DNA of 64,000 nt. It comes from Malacoraja senta (taxonomy: Eukaryota). Within the stretch, counting starts at the first letter, position 1; each line of letters starts with the position of its first letter. Positions 13,760-26,400 of the stretch are shown piece by piece. The stretch is from assembly GCA_038087875.1 (NCBI GenBank), contig CM075993.1:2172001-2236000 (forward strand), read 5' to 3'. Below the pieces are notes generated by a model that saw only the letters and a list, made by a program, of their open reading frames with translations, was not told the DNA's origin and ran no database searches. The translations under genes were made by a program, and so were the position numbers.

Positions 13760-14716
13760 TCTGGGGCGAGGACTGTCTGAGCGTACTGTGGACATGCTTA
13801 CGGCAGCCTGAAGGAAGAGCACTCAAAAACAGTACCTTTCTTATATTAAGAAATGGGAAGAGTTCTGTGTACAAAAGAATGTGCAATATAGTACTGCAGA
13901 TATTTCAAATGTTTAGAATTTCTGTCAAAACTTTATTATGATGATGGTCTGAGTTGTAGTGCAATTAATGCAGCAAGAAGTGCATTGTCCTCATATTTGG
14001 TTCTGGATTGAGAAAGAAACCCAATTGGGTCATACCCAATTGTTTCCAGACTAATGAAAGGAATCTTTAATTCCAAACCACCGAAACCTAGGTACATGAC
14101 AATCTGGGATGTAAGTGTGGTACTGAAACTACTTCGTGAATGGTCATCAAGTGTGTCTTTACCTTTGGCCAAGCTCAGCATGAAAGTATTCATGCTTATG
14201 GCATGAGTGACAGCACAACGAGTGCAAACACTTGGAAAATTACAAATAGACAGTATGGAAGTAACTGAAGACAAGGTTACATTCTATATCTATGACCTAC
14301 TAAAGCAAATTAGGCCAGGTGTGACAGGATTTAATATTATGCTAGCAGCATATCCAAATGATCCTTGTCTCTGTGTTAAGACATATTTGTTACAATACAT
14401 TGAGGTCACAAAGAATTTGAGAAATACGGAAACTGGGTTGTTGATCACACACAAGAAACCACACAAGAGAGTTTCAATACAGACTATTTCCAGATGGATA
14501 AAAGAAGTCTTAACAGCTGCTGGTATTAACACTTATGTTTTTACGTCTCACTCGACTAGGGCAGCAGAAACGTCAGCGGCCAGGGCAAAAGACGTCCCCG
14601 TCGACCATATCCTCGCAGCCGCAGGGTGGTCCAATGAGTTGATGTTTCAACATTTTTACCATCGGCCTATTGTTAATGCGGGATTGTTTGCAGAAACTAT
14701 TTTAAGTTCTGTGTAA
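13760..14716 (+). pseudogene. DIRS tyrosine recombinase (disrupted N-terminus, C-terminal catalytic domain open)
   Basis: GLSERTVDML...STQKQY...RLMKGIFNSKPPKPRY..WDV; catalytic R in TAQRVQTL, HSTR motif, AAGW, and nucleophile Y in FQHFY. Confidence 0.93.
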
Positions 14717-14884
14717 ATTCCTCTGGTTTAAAGGGGATCTGATTAATTTCATTATTGAAATGAATTACTGCATTTGTGGTACAAATGTTATTATTAATGC
14801 ATTATTGATTATTCTCGTTCCGAGTCAATCAATGCAGTTAGAAGCCGGGATTGATCTACGGCATGAAATCACAAAGCTTTAAAA

Positions 14885-14998
14885 TCTTCACGTAGTCACT
14901 CACATGACTCCGAACTAAAATAGTAAGATTAAACGAGAACTTACCTAAGTTTGAAGTTTGATCTTTATTTTATGAGGAGCTACGTAGGTGATTACGTG
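14885..14998 (+). repeat. DIRS internal complementary region (ICR)
   Basis: The left part is the reverse complement of the element's left end (ttttacttcggagtcacgtgagtgactacgtgaaga). The right part is the reverse complement of the right end (cacgtaatc...tcttactattt). Confidence 0.95.
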
Positions 14999-16359
14999 CC
15001 CACCACGACCCAACCCTCTATCATAAAGGTCAGATGGAAGTTCTTGTATTACTCGTTTTATTATGAGACTATATTACTTCGGTTGTTGTTTTTTGTGATT
15101 TCACACCGCTGCTTTGAAGATTGACGCGCAGGCGCACTGGCGGGGTTCTTCACGTAATCACCCACGTAACTCCTCATAAAATAAAGATCAAACTTCAAAC
15201 TTAGGTAAGTTCTCGTTTAATCTTACTATTTATAATGGGTCTTTTTGATTCTCCCAAAATATTTTACTGCCAATAAACTGAGTTGGAACTGTAAGTGTTG
15301 TTCCAATACAGGCTACGATGATGATTATTGTAGTTTTTGGTTTAAACAGGCCCTTCGGCCCACCGAGTCCGTACCGACCAGCGATCCCCGCACATTAATA
15401 ACACTATCCTACACACACTAGGGACAATTTGCACATACACCAAGACAATTAACCTACATACCTGTATGTCTTTGGAGTGTGGGAGAAAACCGACGATCTC
15501 TGAGAAAACCGACGATCTCGGAGAAAATCCACGCAGGTCACGGGAAACTGTAGACAGCACCCGTAGCCGGGATCGAACCCGGGTCTCCGGCGCTGCGAGC
15601 AGTTGCTGTAAGGCAGCAACTCTACCGCTGCGCCACCGTGGCCGGTATTCTGTTGAGACAAAACTTAAGCCAGCATACTGCATTCATAAAAATGCTGAAA
15701 CAATTACCTGTGTTCAGTCAAAGATGAAGAGAAAAGCAGTATTAGTCTTCCAGGAGATGAGTGCCATCCTTTGGATTTTACCTGTTATCTCCTTCCAAGG
15801 AGCAAGGGAGGCTTTAATCAAATTAGCAAGGTTCCATTACATTATTAGCATTCCGGACTGAACGCACCATTTGATTTTAATAAAGAAACATTCTCTGCAG
15901 CAAGGGAGTTCAGCTTATTATATCAGTCATGCAAAACTACCCACCAGGGGCTGCCATTATAAGTGATAGAAAAATTATTTTGGCTGCCTCCTCAGAGCTA
16001 AAAGGTTCTCTTACCTGCCTTAATTAGAATTACTCACATCAGTTGCATTTCATTTATTTTGAGTCAACATTGCATGTGTATCGAGTCAAATAAATTCTTG
16101 GAACGTTAAAATAGAAATAACACGCCTGTCCTGTCAGTACTGCGCGGGGTCGCAGCGGTAGAGTCGCTACCTTACAGCGCTTACAGCGCCAGAGACCCGG
16201 GTTCGATCCCCACTACGGGAGCTGTCTGTAAGGACTTTGTACGTTCTCCCCGTGACCTGCCTTGGTTTTTTCCGAGATCTTCGGTTTCCTCCCACACTCC
16301 AAAGACGTGCAGGTTTGTAGGTTAATTGGCTTGGTGTAAATGTAAAAATTGTCCCCTAG

Positions 16360-16491
16360 TCTTCTTCTGGCGTATACAGCGTAAAGTTGTCGGAAAACTT
16401 GTTCTATTTGATCTTGTTTGACTGTGCACACCAGGCTGATTGCCTTCGTCGAAACTGGGCGGACCACGTGAAGGTTGCAATCTCCCACCCC
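16360..16491 (-). mobile_element. 132-bp short retroposon with HDV-like ribozyme head and (AGA)n tail, inserted into an HE1-like SINE
   Basis: TSD aattgtccc(c)tag at 16347-16359 and 16492-16503. The host SINE is continuous once the insert is removed. The tail reads ccagaagaaga. Confidence 0.85.
16438..16491 (-). ncRNA. Putative minimal HDV-like self-cleaving ribozyme (two apparent substitutions in this copy)
   Basis: GGGGUGG-GA-GAUUGCA-ACC-UUCACGU-GGU-CCGCCCA-G-UUUCGA-CGAA-GGCAAUC follows the HDV order P1, J1/2, P2, P3, L3, P3', P1', P1.1, mini-P4, C-GAA, P2'. Confidence 0.75.
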
Positions 16492-17283
16492 AATTGTCCC
16501 TAGTGTGTGTAGGATAGTGTTAATGTGCGGGGATCGCTGGTCGGCGCGGAAGGGCAAAGTTCTCCATAGGTGATCAGCAAGGCTTCCACAGTGAAAGTGA
16601 CTTTTGTGTATGTATTATGCAGACAGATCGGTATATTTTTCAATCCACAGGTAAAAGAGTATTATGTAGACTGTTGATAGACACAAAATGCTGGAAGAAC
16701 TTGAGGGGCATAATTTTCCACACAGAGGGTGGTGGGAATACAGATCAGGCTGCCAGAGGAGGCAATTGAGGCAGGTGTTATTCCAACAATTATAACATTT
16801 GGACAGGTACATGGATAGGGAAGGTTTAGTGGGCTATGGGCCACATGTGGGCAGGTTGAATTCCTGTCAATGGGGCACATTAGTCGGCATGGGTAGATTG
16901 GGTCAAATGGCCTGTTTCCATGTTTAATGACTTTACGGTACTTTATAGTACTTTGTCACATGTACCGAGATACAGTGAAATTCCTTTTGTATACAGTTCA
17001 GTACAAGTGTCACTATACACAAGCACTTAGATAAGCAGCTCAGATACAAGTGTATAGCAGTGGTACACTGAGGCAGTATACAGTCCCAGTTTGGCACCTT
17101 TTTCAGGTTCCAGTTGCTGTGAGTGAAGGGTTCTTGACCTGACCTGCAAACCTGTACGTCTTTGAAGTGTAGGAGGAAACCAGATCACCCGGAGAAAACC
17201 CACGTGGTCACAGGGAAAATGTACAAACTTCCGTACAGACAGCACCCGTAGTCAGGATCGAACCTGGGTCTATGGTGCTGTAA

Positions 17284-17613
17284 TGGGTCTGTCCCACTTA
17301 CCCGAATTTTCCGGCGGCTGCCGGCACCCGTCATAGGTCGTTGCAGGTCGCCGAAAATTTTCAACACGTTGAAATTCCAGCGGCAACCAGAAAGACGCCA
17401 CGACTCTTTGGGCGACTGAGGAGACGACTCACGACCATACAGGCGACATGTCACGGGGTGACTCCTGCATGGATGTGAGTAGTCACCCAAAGAGTCGTAC
17501 CTTGTTCTGGTCGCCGCTGGATTTTCAACATGTTGAACATTTTCGGCGAACTGCAACGACCTATGGCGGGTGCCGGTAGTCGCCGAAAAAGTTGCGTAAG
17601 TGGGACAGGGCCA
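17284..17613. mobile_element. Foldback MITE (PIF/Harbinger-like), TAA TSD, inserted in a SINE
   Basis: taa-TGGGTCTGTCCCACTTA...TAAGTGGGACAGGGCCA-taa. The arms are complementary over most of the length. Confidence 0.85.
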
Positions 17614-18420
17614 TAAGGCAGCAACTCTACTGCTGCGCCACCGTGTGGTGAACATGGCGGTTTCTTGTCTTTCTTTAGTAAACTAGCAGCTGCAGTTCCT
17701 CCTTTCTACATAGATGGGTACGCGATGGCTGGCATTGACATGGTGGGCTGAAGAGCCTGTTTCGATGCCGTAATGATCCTATTAATATGCTACATGGGTG
17801 TATTAAGTGCAGAAATTGAAACATGCCTTAGGAATGAGGTCTATAAATTTAAACTGTCAATTGGTCAAGGAAGGCAGGCACGAACAGAATGTCTAGTGTT
17901 CTCTGAGGAGGTATGTAAAGGCAATTGTGAGCACAAGATTTTCCGTGTTGTGTGCCTTGGCTTTCAGACTTGTCTAACTTGAAAACCCTTGGGATTGCCT
18001 ATGAAGTTGTAAATTGGATTATTAATTGCAGAGCTAAATGGGAACTAGAGATTCACTGTCAGCAATAATTGGTCTAATTGGACAGCTGTGACCATGAGGC
18101 ATCTCCAGGGACTGGTCCAGTGATTCTTGCTCTTACAATGAATTGAACAAAAGTCTAGAATATGCACTCATTTGTTACATTAATTTGAAACACCGATTGT
18201 TCTGAACAGTGGATTGTGTTGGGGGCACAGCAGCAGAAATCAGAAACATGTTGATGTCAAATAGTCTTAATTGCTACCACTGCTGTCTAGAAGTTGGGCT
18301 ATAAGTGTATCTTTAGCCAAATATCTGTAGCCTCCCTTTGATCTGGTATTTTGGTTCACATGCTTGATCAATGGTGTTTTATCATTAATGTTTTATTATT
18401 ATTAATATTGAATGTTTTCT

Positions 18421-18754
18421 AATAATAATAATGGATGGGATTTATATAGCGCCTTTCTAATACTCAAGGCGCTTTACATCGCATTATTCATTCACTCCTC
18501 AGTCACACTCGGTGGTGGTGAGCTACTTCTGTAGCCACAGCTGCCCTGGGGCAGACTGACGGAAGCGTGGCTGCTAATCTGCGCCTACGGCCCCTCCGAC
18601 CACCACCAATCACTCACACACATTCACAAGCAGGCAAAGGTGGGTGAAGTGTCTTGCCCAAGGACACAACGACAGTATGCACTCCAAGCGGGATTCGAAC
18701 CGGCTACCTTCCGGTTGCCAGCCGAACACTTAGCCCATTGCGCCATCTGTCGCC
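18421..18754 (-). mobile_element. tRNA-derived SINE with L2-type tail (AFC/SINE2-like), distinct from the HE1-like family
   Basis: A box tggcgcaatgg, B box ggttcgaatcc, body gtgtccttgggcaagacacttcacc...gtcagtctgccccagggcagctgtggctac, tail gtaaagcgccttgag...aggcgctatataaat..(att)n. Confidence 0.85.
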
Positions 18755-19171
18755 ATTCTGAGTCATTCGTAACTGTCACTATGTCATGTTGTTACTTGTG
18801 GGTGGAGCACCAAGGCAAATTCCTTGTATGTGAATATTTGGCCAATAAACTTACTTACCTGTGAAATGCTTTCTCTTGCAGGTAGCAATAGCAGTTTCAC
18901 TCTCTCCTCTCTCTCTCTCTCTTCTTCCCCTCCCCCCAACCGCCAAGAAAAATCCCAAATTATGTTTTAAAATTAGTGTCGAGGTGGCTTCAGCAACAGA
19001 GGATGGGCTGGGAAGCGAGGTTGTGGAATCTTGATAAGAGCAAGGACTGGGGGAGGAAACTGAAGATCTCAGAGAAAACCCACCCGCCCACAGGGAGTAC
19101 GTACAAACTCCGCACAGACAGCACCCGTAGTTGGGATTGCACCCGAGTCTCCGGCACCGCGAGCACTGTAA

Positions 19172-19574
19172 AGGGCTTGTCCCACTTTCACGACTTAATT
19201 CGAAACCTCTGCCGAGTTTAAAGGACCTAAAAAAAAAAATCAAGATCGTGGTAATCTACGAACTCCTACGACTATGTTCACAAACTCCTACGAGTATGTC
19301 TACGAATTCCCACGACTATTTCGATGCCCTCCTTACGAGTAAAAAGTTGCAATTTCTTTCATCCCGACCATTTTTTTTTTTTTACCCATGGACATTTTTT
19401 ATCGGGCTGGAAAAAATGTCCCGACTTACCTGATGCCACGAGTACCTACGGGTAGCATAACGAGCCGCTATGATATATCTACGGACTCCTACGGACTCGT
19501 TACGAACATTCTGCCAGTTTGAATCAAGGGGAAAAATCGGGAGAAGTTGTGAATAACTCGTGAAAGTGGGTCAG
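19172..19574. mobile_element. MITE with the same TIR type, right end clipped, inserted in a SINE
   Basis: taa-AGGGCTTGTCCCACTTTCACGA...TCGTGAAAGTGGGTCAG, with internal CTACGA/CACGA repeats. Confidence 0.8.
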
Positions 19575-22500
19575 AAACTCTACCGCTGCGCCATCTTGTC
19601 ACCCATCTGAACAGAGGGCAGTAGATTGTGTTGGCAACAACATCAGGGCTGCAATCAGTTAGCATTTTGGTCTCAGTCTGCTGCTGCAACATGTGCTATT
19701 CCATGGAAAATTAGGAAAATAAATCTTTGCTCGTCAATCAACTGTCACCATATGAGACTAAATCACTGAACCAAGTAAAATTGTTTAATTTGGTAATTGA
19801 GTGGATTTGCAGAAGATGCTACTGGAATTTAAATAGCTATGCTGGAAACACACAATCGTACTCTGGTTACAAAGTGTCAGAAGTCCACATCCGTAAGGCC
19901 ATATGTGATGGGAGTAGAATTAGGCCATTCGGCCCATCAAGTCTACTACGCTGATCTATCTCTCTCTCTCTCCTAACCACATTCTCCTGCCTTCTTCCCA
20001 TAACCTCTGACACCTGTACTAATCAACAATCTATCTATCTATCTCTGCCTTAAAAATATCTATTGGCTTGGTCTCCACAACCTTCTGTGCCAAAGAATTC
20101 CACAGATTCACCACCCTCTTATTAAAGATATTTCTCCTAATATCTTTCCTAAAAGAGCGCCCTTTAACTCTGAGGCTGTGACCTCTAGTCCTAGACTCTC
20201 CCACCAGTGGAAACATCCTCTACACATCCACTCTATCCAAGCCTTTCACTATTCTTGTCAGTGGAGAATATGGTTAGGTCCTCCAGAGATGCAAGTGGAA
20301 GGCTTTTTGTTCCCTGGACTTCCATGTGCCTATCTAAAAGCCTCTTAAATGCCACCATCGTATCTGCCTCCACCACCACCCTTGGCAATGCGTTCTAGGC
20401 CTAAGTTAGTTAGATATGCAGCACTTCACTTTTGTGGCTAGGACAGATATCTCCCTGGGGACTTTATTTATCCCATAAACATTTACCAATGATTTCAGAA
20501 CTTTAGTAACTATAGTACCACTAGCATTTGAAAATATGGAACTGGATTCTGGCCTGGCTGGTCAAGTGGCCTATTTGTGCTTCATAAGCAGTCCAGAAAG
20601 TATTTTCACAGCATTGGATCAGAAAGTATTTTAAACATTAGAATATATTTGAAAAAGGAACTACAATATTGTGCTTCAAAGACCAAAGCAATTCTTCAAT
20701 AAGCTGGCCACAATAATTGGCCACTGTCTTGGTTGGAATGGATAGGTTGGGCCGAAGTGTCTGTTTCCCTGCTCTATGACTGTCTATTAACTAAACTATA
20801 CTAAACATGATGTAGGATGGAACTGCAGATGCTGCTTTACACCAAAAATACATATTAAATGTTGGAGTAACTCAGCAGGACGGGCAGCATCTCTGGAGAG
20901 AAGGAATGGGTGATGTTTCGGGTCAAGCCCCTTCTTCAGGTCTCGACCCGAAACGTCGCCCATTCCTTCCCTCCAGAGCTGCTGCCTGTCTGTCCTGTCG
21001 AGTTACTGTAGCATATAGTACGCTAAACATGGCATGTGTTTGTGTGGCAAGATGCAAGTGAGAGTCAAGACAAAAATAACCGATCTGAGCTTTACCATTT
21101 ATTTCTATAGAATGACAGATACATTGACATAAGGGGAAAACAGTGACATCATCTCTCATTAGGAAAGGTGGAGATAATCTATTGAAGAATTACTGTAAAA
21201 AGTGAAAACATTACCGACAATACCTACGTAACATATGCAGCAGCTACTAAGTACACAAATATTAACAATTTTGTTCTTTGAAAAATTGCCCTTTTAAGTC
21301 GTTGTTTAAGGAATTGTTAACAGATTGCACTGTGCAGTCAGAAAGTGTAATTTGGGAGGAAGACAAAACCAAACTAATTAGGACTACTCTACGTGAATGT
21401 TGAACTAACAGTATTGGGAATTGTTTTTTGGGAAGATATGTATATCATTTAACATTAACAATCTCAGTATTATCAGATTTCGCAAAGCCACACAATCGCA
21501 ACCCGGTTCAAATTGTTTATGACACTGGACATTCATTCTAATCTTACAGACAGGACAATTGTTATTAGAGAACTCTCCTGTACTTGAAGTATACTTGGTT
21601 AGTACAAGTATCAGAGGTTATGGGGAGGAGGCAGGAGAATGGGGTTAGGAGGGATAGATCGGCAATGATTGAATGAGAACTTGATGGGCCGAATGGCTTA
21701 ATTCTACTCCTATCACTTATGACCTTTAGTACACGGCAGAGCCCTGATAAAGAAAAATTAATATTCACAAAATTTGAAATGATGAAAATGGTATTATAGC
21801 CGAAAGACTAAGACTATTTACTAATGCCAGACTTGGCGGCTCATGTTCCTCAAATGGAAAGCTTTTTTTAATTTTATACGGTGCTTACATTTTTTATCTA
21901 CGTAGTTTACCCTAACACAGCTCTCTTCCTGCCATTGACCTACACTTAATTTCCAATGTATAAACTGAGGTTTCCGTAGAATGCAAAATGTAATTAGCAA
22001 TACCTGCATGCCATGTTCTGCAGGAAACCAAAGGAGAGATTCCAACTTAAAATAAAAATTGATCCCTTATTTTGAGATGCTTATTTTAAAACAAAAACAG
22101 ACTATTGTGACATGAAAATGTAAGCAAAAATCTCAAACCCTCATCCAAATGGAATGGTTAGACTCGAGCAGATGAGCTCCTCAAATTGGTCTAACCAAAT
22201 GGCTTTATCGCTGGTTTAGACTGAAAATAGACACAGATGCCTCAGATACAGTAAAGAAATTGGAAGATAGACACAAAATGTTGGAGTAACTCAGTGGGAC
22301 AGACAGCCTCTGGATAGAAGGAATGGGTGATGTTTTGGGTCGAAACTCTTCCTCAGTCTGAAGAAGGGGCTTGACCCGAAACGCCACCCATTCCTTCTCT
22401 CCAGAGAATTTTGTGTCTATCCTCATTGCATGCAGTTTTGACTCTCACTATAGCTGTTTGCCAGGACTCTGGATGCAAGATGCTACCTTTTTTTAAAAAA

Positions 22501-23424
22501 TGAATTAACTATCCAAGTCCGGAAAAAGGCAGATGTTGAAATTCTTGGTGAATTACTAAAACGCTCACATAGGAGTCTGGAAATAGGAAGAAAAACTAAT
22601 TGCAAATAGTGTCCAAACAGAAACGGATAATGGGATAACGCAATATATAGAGAAACTTGAAGTTGTTGCTGTGAATACATCAAATTCTGTGCATCAAACT
22701 GCAGGGAACCTTCATTCCAAATCATGTTTTTAATGTTTTAAAATGAATCATAAAATGTCTAACGGAAACACATTACACTGTCACGCATTCTTGAAGAACG
22801 CATAACATTTGGCAATATTTACACAATGCATGGCTAATGTTGAAAAGACAGGAATATATTTAGACACGTAGAGGTTTACTTGCACAGGAGGGGGTGGAGG
22901 TGGAAAAAGGTTTGGTAGCGGTTAAGTTTAGAGAAACAGGCCCTTCGGCCCACCGAGTCTGTGCCTACCAACGATCCCCGTGAGTGTCGTGAGATACTAT
23001 GTAGTGTCTGTAGGAAAAGCTTTAACTCTCCAGTCATCTGGAAACTGATTTTAACGATGTGGGAAATAAAAGCAACAAACATGACAATGATTTACTTTCA
23101 CCAGTATTAGTAGTAGAAGGAATTTTACTCCACTGTGTCTGAGGCGAACTGAATAAAATATTCTTTATTCCAGGCACCCTTCAGTCGGTGAGAAATTATT
23201 CTCATCAGCAGCCTGTAGCAAACCCATTCCCATCAATTTGGAAAAGATATTTAAAAAAAAAATACTGAAAGCCGCAAATTTACGTGCAGTTTCAGAGGAT
23301 AGTTGTTGGGACAAAATTATTGAAACTACAGAAAAAGAACCTCTATACAGCTCATAAGAGTTATCTTAACAACTTGAAAAGTAGGCGTAGTGTCTGGGTC
23401 TTAGTGATAAATAGCATTACAAAG

Positions 23425-26400
23425 CACAATATATCCATGAAAGTGCTTTATTAAAAGTTATTTTGTCATTTTAAGATTGTGTAACAGGGTGCTGTGTGGA
23501 GGGAATGTTAAAGGATGATTGGAAAGAGCACACTTTTAGTTACTGTACGGTGAAATGTTTACGAAGGGACTGGGATGAAGTACACAGCCAAATACATTAA
23601 AGGGTCGTCAGTATCAGGAATTTTAAGTTTCTCTAGTAATTAAGCAGCAATTAGAATTCAAAAACATGATCTTTGAAGTCTACTGTAATTTTCACAAAAA
23701 AACATCTTACAATTACTTTATTTACATTTAATGAAATTAGCCTAATGCAAAGATCAGTCGTACTGTGAAATATTCAGTGGATACATTTGTGACATCAGGA
23801 ATTTCTAGTTCAAAACCCAGAGGTAATTTATTTAACTATTATACGTTTCTGATACACAACTGAGAAAGCATTAATCTTTTACTTAAAGTGCTGCAGAACT
23901 CTGTTGTATTCCATCACAAAATACTTTAAGAACATGATTCCCATTTGTTTTATACACAAAACATGTCTAAAGTGCTAGCACCTGCAAAATTTACATTGAA
24001 CACTTTTCTAATAACAGGAATGATAAATTGCCTAGTGTTTTTTTCCCTTAAATAGCTTTGAAACAAACAATTCTTCAATTTTCAGCTCGGAAGGAGGTTA
24101 TGAGTAGACTGTGTTTTCAAGTACATTCACGAGTAACATTATCAGAACTTCTGTACAACCAGGGTACTACTTTGCAAGTTTAAATCATGAAGTACTTTTC
24201 TGTATTCCATGGATTACAAGCAAGAAATAAGTTCAAAGTATACGCTCGACCCAAAACAGCAACTATAAATCATGCTCCTACAATTTCTACAAATGTACTG
24301 AGCAACATTATCACCAGAGCCACTGACCACAGTTTAAATATTATGTACATTTCCTCTACTTTAATTGAAAATTTGGACTCATCTCAGATTATATTTACTG
24401 TACAAAATTAATTCACTATGCCTTCCCCATGTACAAACTGTTTCAGATCTGAATACCATGGCAGCTTTGCAAATGAGAACTCTTCACAATACTGATCAAA
24501 ATCAATTAGGGAATTGAGGGGACTTCAAAACAGGAATGCGAGCTTTCTATAATTAATTGCAAGTCACCCTTTCCCAGTTTTCTATTTCATAACATACGTG
24601 TTAGACATGCATTTTATTTGTCGTAACCGAGACCCTTACAGTTTGTAGTAACTTCCATGAAGTAGTTAATAACCATTCGTTTTTTTCCCCTTGTTGATTC
24701 AATGCTGTATTGATTGACCTTGCCAGTAGCTTTGATCCCATATGTTCTTGCTTCTTATACATCATTCAGCACCTGAACTTGCGAACAATGGATTGGTTTC
24801 CGATACAGGGGAATCCAATTGCATTTTTTTTTTTTAACGGGTTCTTAACTGGAAACCAAGTTGATCATTTCTCCACCTGGACAACTATGATTTAGCCTCT
24901 GTACAAGCAGCATGATGTTTATGGCTTGTACTTCTATAATCCAGGCCAACAGCCCTTCTGTGCATTAGTCCCTGACCTATTCTGGTTCCAGTGTCTATTC
25001 CTCTGGCCTCCCTCTTTCAGATCCATTTGAAAATGTTATGAGATAATAGCTGACAGAGTGGAGTACAAAGCTCAGAAACAAGGGTGGAAATAACATTCAG
25101 TGATAAAAGTGCTGACACTGTCTGCAATGTGCTGTTCATTCCTTCCAATTTTCATTGGAGAAAGCTTGTACAAAGGTTATGCAAAGATACTTTAGTAAAG
25201 ATGCATAAAATGTGGCTATAGCTTGAACAAGATCAGCACCGTTGCAAATTAAGTGACAATAAGCAACATCCTTGTAGCCATTACTGCTCCGGCCACAAAG
25301 CCACAAGCAACGCGGAACTGATTGAGACTCCAACCAAATTTCTGAGAAGTTTGACAATGTCAGAGTTTTTTAAAGAGCGTTTGCAACTGATGAATAGTGC
25401 AATAACAAATTAAGACTTTCAAGTGACAAACACTTAATTAACGGAAACCATTAAGCTGCTAAATAAATCTCAAGAAAAAAAATATTAGAACATAAATCAA
25501 ATTTTCCTGTGAGCTAACTGGACACCGTAAGATGACTTGAGGCAGCGTCAGGATTTATCTGACACATTGTTATTCACTTAAGGACATTTTTTAAAATTGA
25601 TTTATTCTATTTAACTTGCAACGAGTGTGCCAGAAATTCAGAACTGATGTGTCTGATTAGGTTTGAATGTTAGACACTTGGGAGAAATTCATCTTTAGTT
25701 GCCAGTTCCAAATGTGTGGTGGCAGAGTTTGATGACCAGTTCCACTGACCTCCGCATATTGATATCCAGCGAGGTCAAAAGAATCTGCTGCCCAAATAAA
25801 CAATACAACTTGTCGCAGATACCTCCTCACACATTTGATTCTGAAATCCAAAGACAATTTGATCCCTTGCACCTCCTGGTTGCATTTACGTAGAATGACC
25901 AGAAGAATCCCGATTCACAAACACAGATGGGAAGTTAAAACAAATGGATCTATTGAAGCAGTTTCCCTTATTTTATGCCACTACAAACCGGCCAAACTTT
26001 CGCTAATACTCTGCATTCCACAAAAGAGCCTTGGGGTAATCACAATGTCGATCTCAATACAGTAATCAATACCAGGAGTGATTTATGGGCCAGGAATCTC
26101 TCTATGCCCATCAGCAGATGTTCCTGGCATTCTGGCAGTGTTATTGAACTACCGTTCCCACATTTGCATGTGTGCATGATTTTTCTTGAAGCTGGAAGGA
26201 TCCTATATCATCACAAACAATTTCAATATCGATAACGTCACATCTTTTAAAACTATTTTGCACATTGTTCTACGGTAACCAAGATCTTGGCATCTAGTGT
26301 ACATCACAAATATTAGCTGCTTTTCAGAACACCTGATCTCCGAACAATATTGACGGAGAAGGGAAAAATAAAACATACACGCTGCACTTTCCACCTGACC

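Larger units (their letters stand above)
10546..15231 (+). mobile_element. Full-length, decayed DIRS1-like tyrosine-recombinase retrotransposon
   Basis: Inverted terminal repeats (10546-10606 vs 15122-~15173, plus right extension to 15231), internal complementary region 14885-14998, TTT at both termini, and gag, RT (YLDD), RNase H (TDAS), methyltransferase-like and YR (R...HSTR...Y) remnants in DIRS1 order. Confidence 0.96.

Noticed and set aside
12009..14716. Novel RT + methyltransferase + integrase system (retron, prophage or defence-like)
   Set aside because: Domain order, ITRs and ICR identify a known class, the DIRS1 retrotransposons, and the ORFs are broken.
16435..16460. Plus-strand hammerhead (ctgattg...gaaac) inside the 132-bp insert
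   Set aside because: The core is CUGAUUG rather than CUGANGA and stem II does not form. The minus-strand HDV-like fold explains the sequence better.
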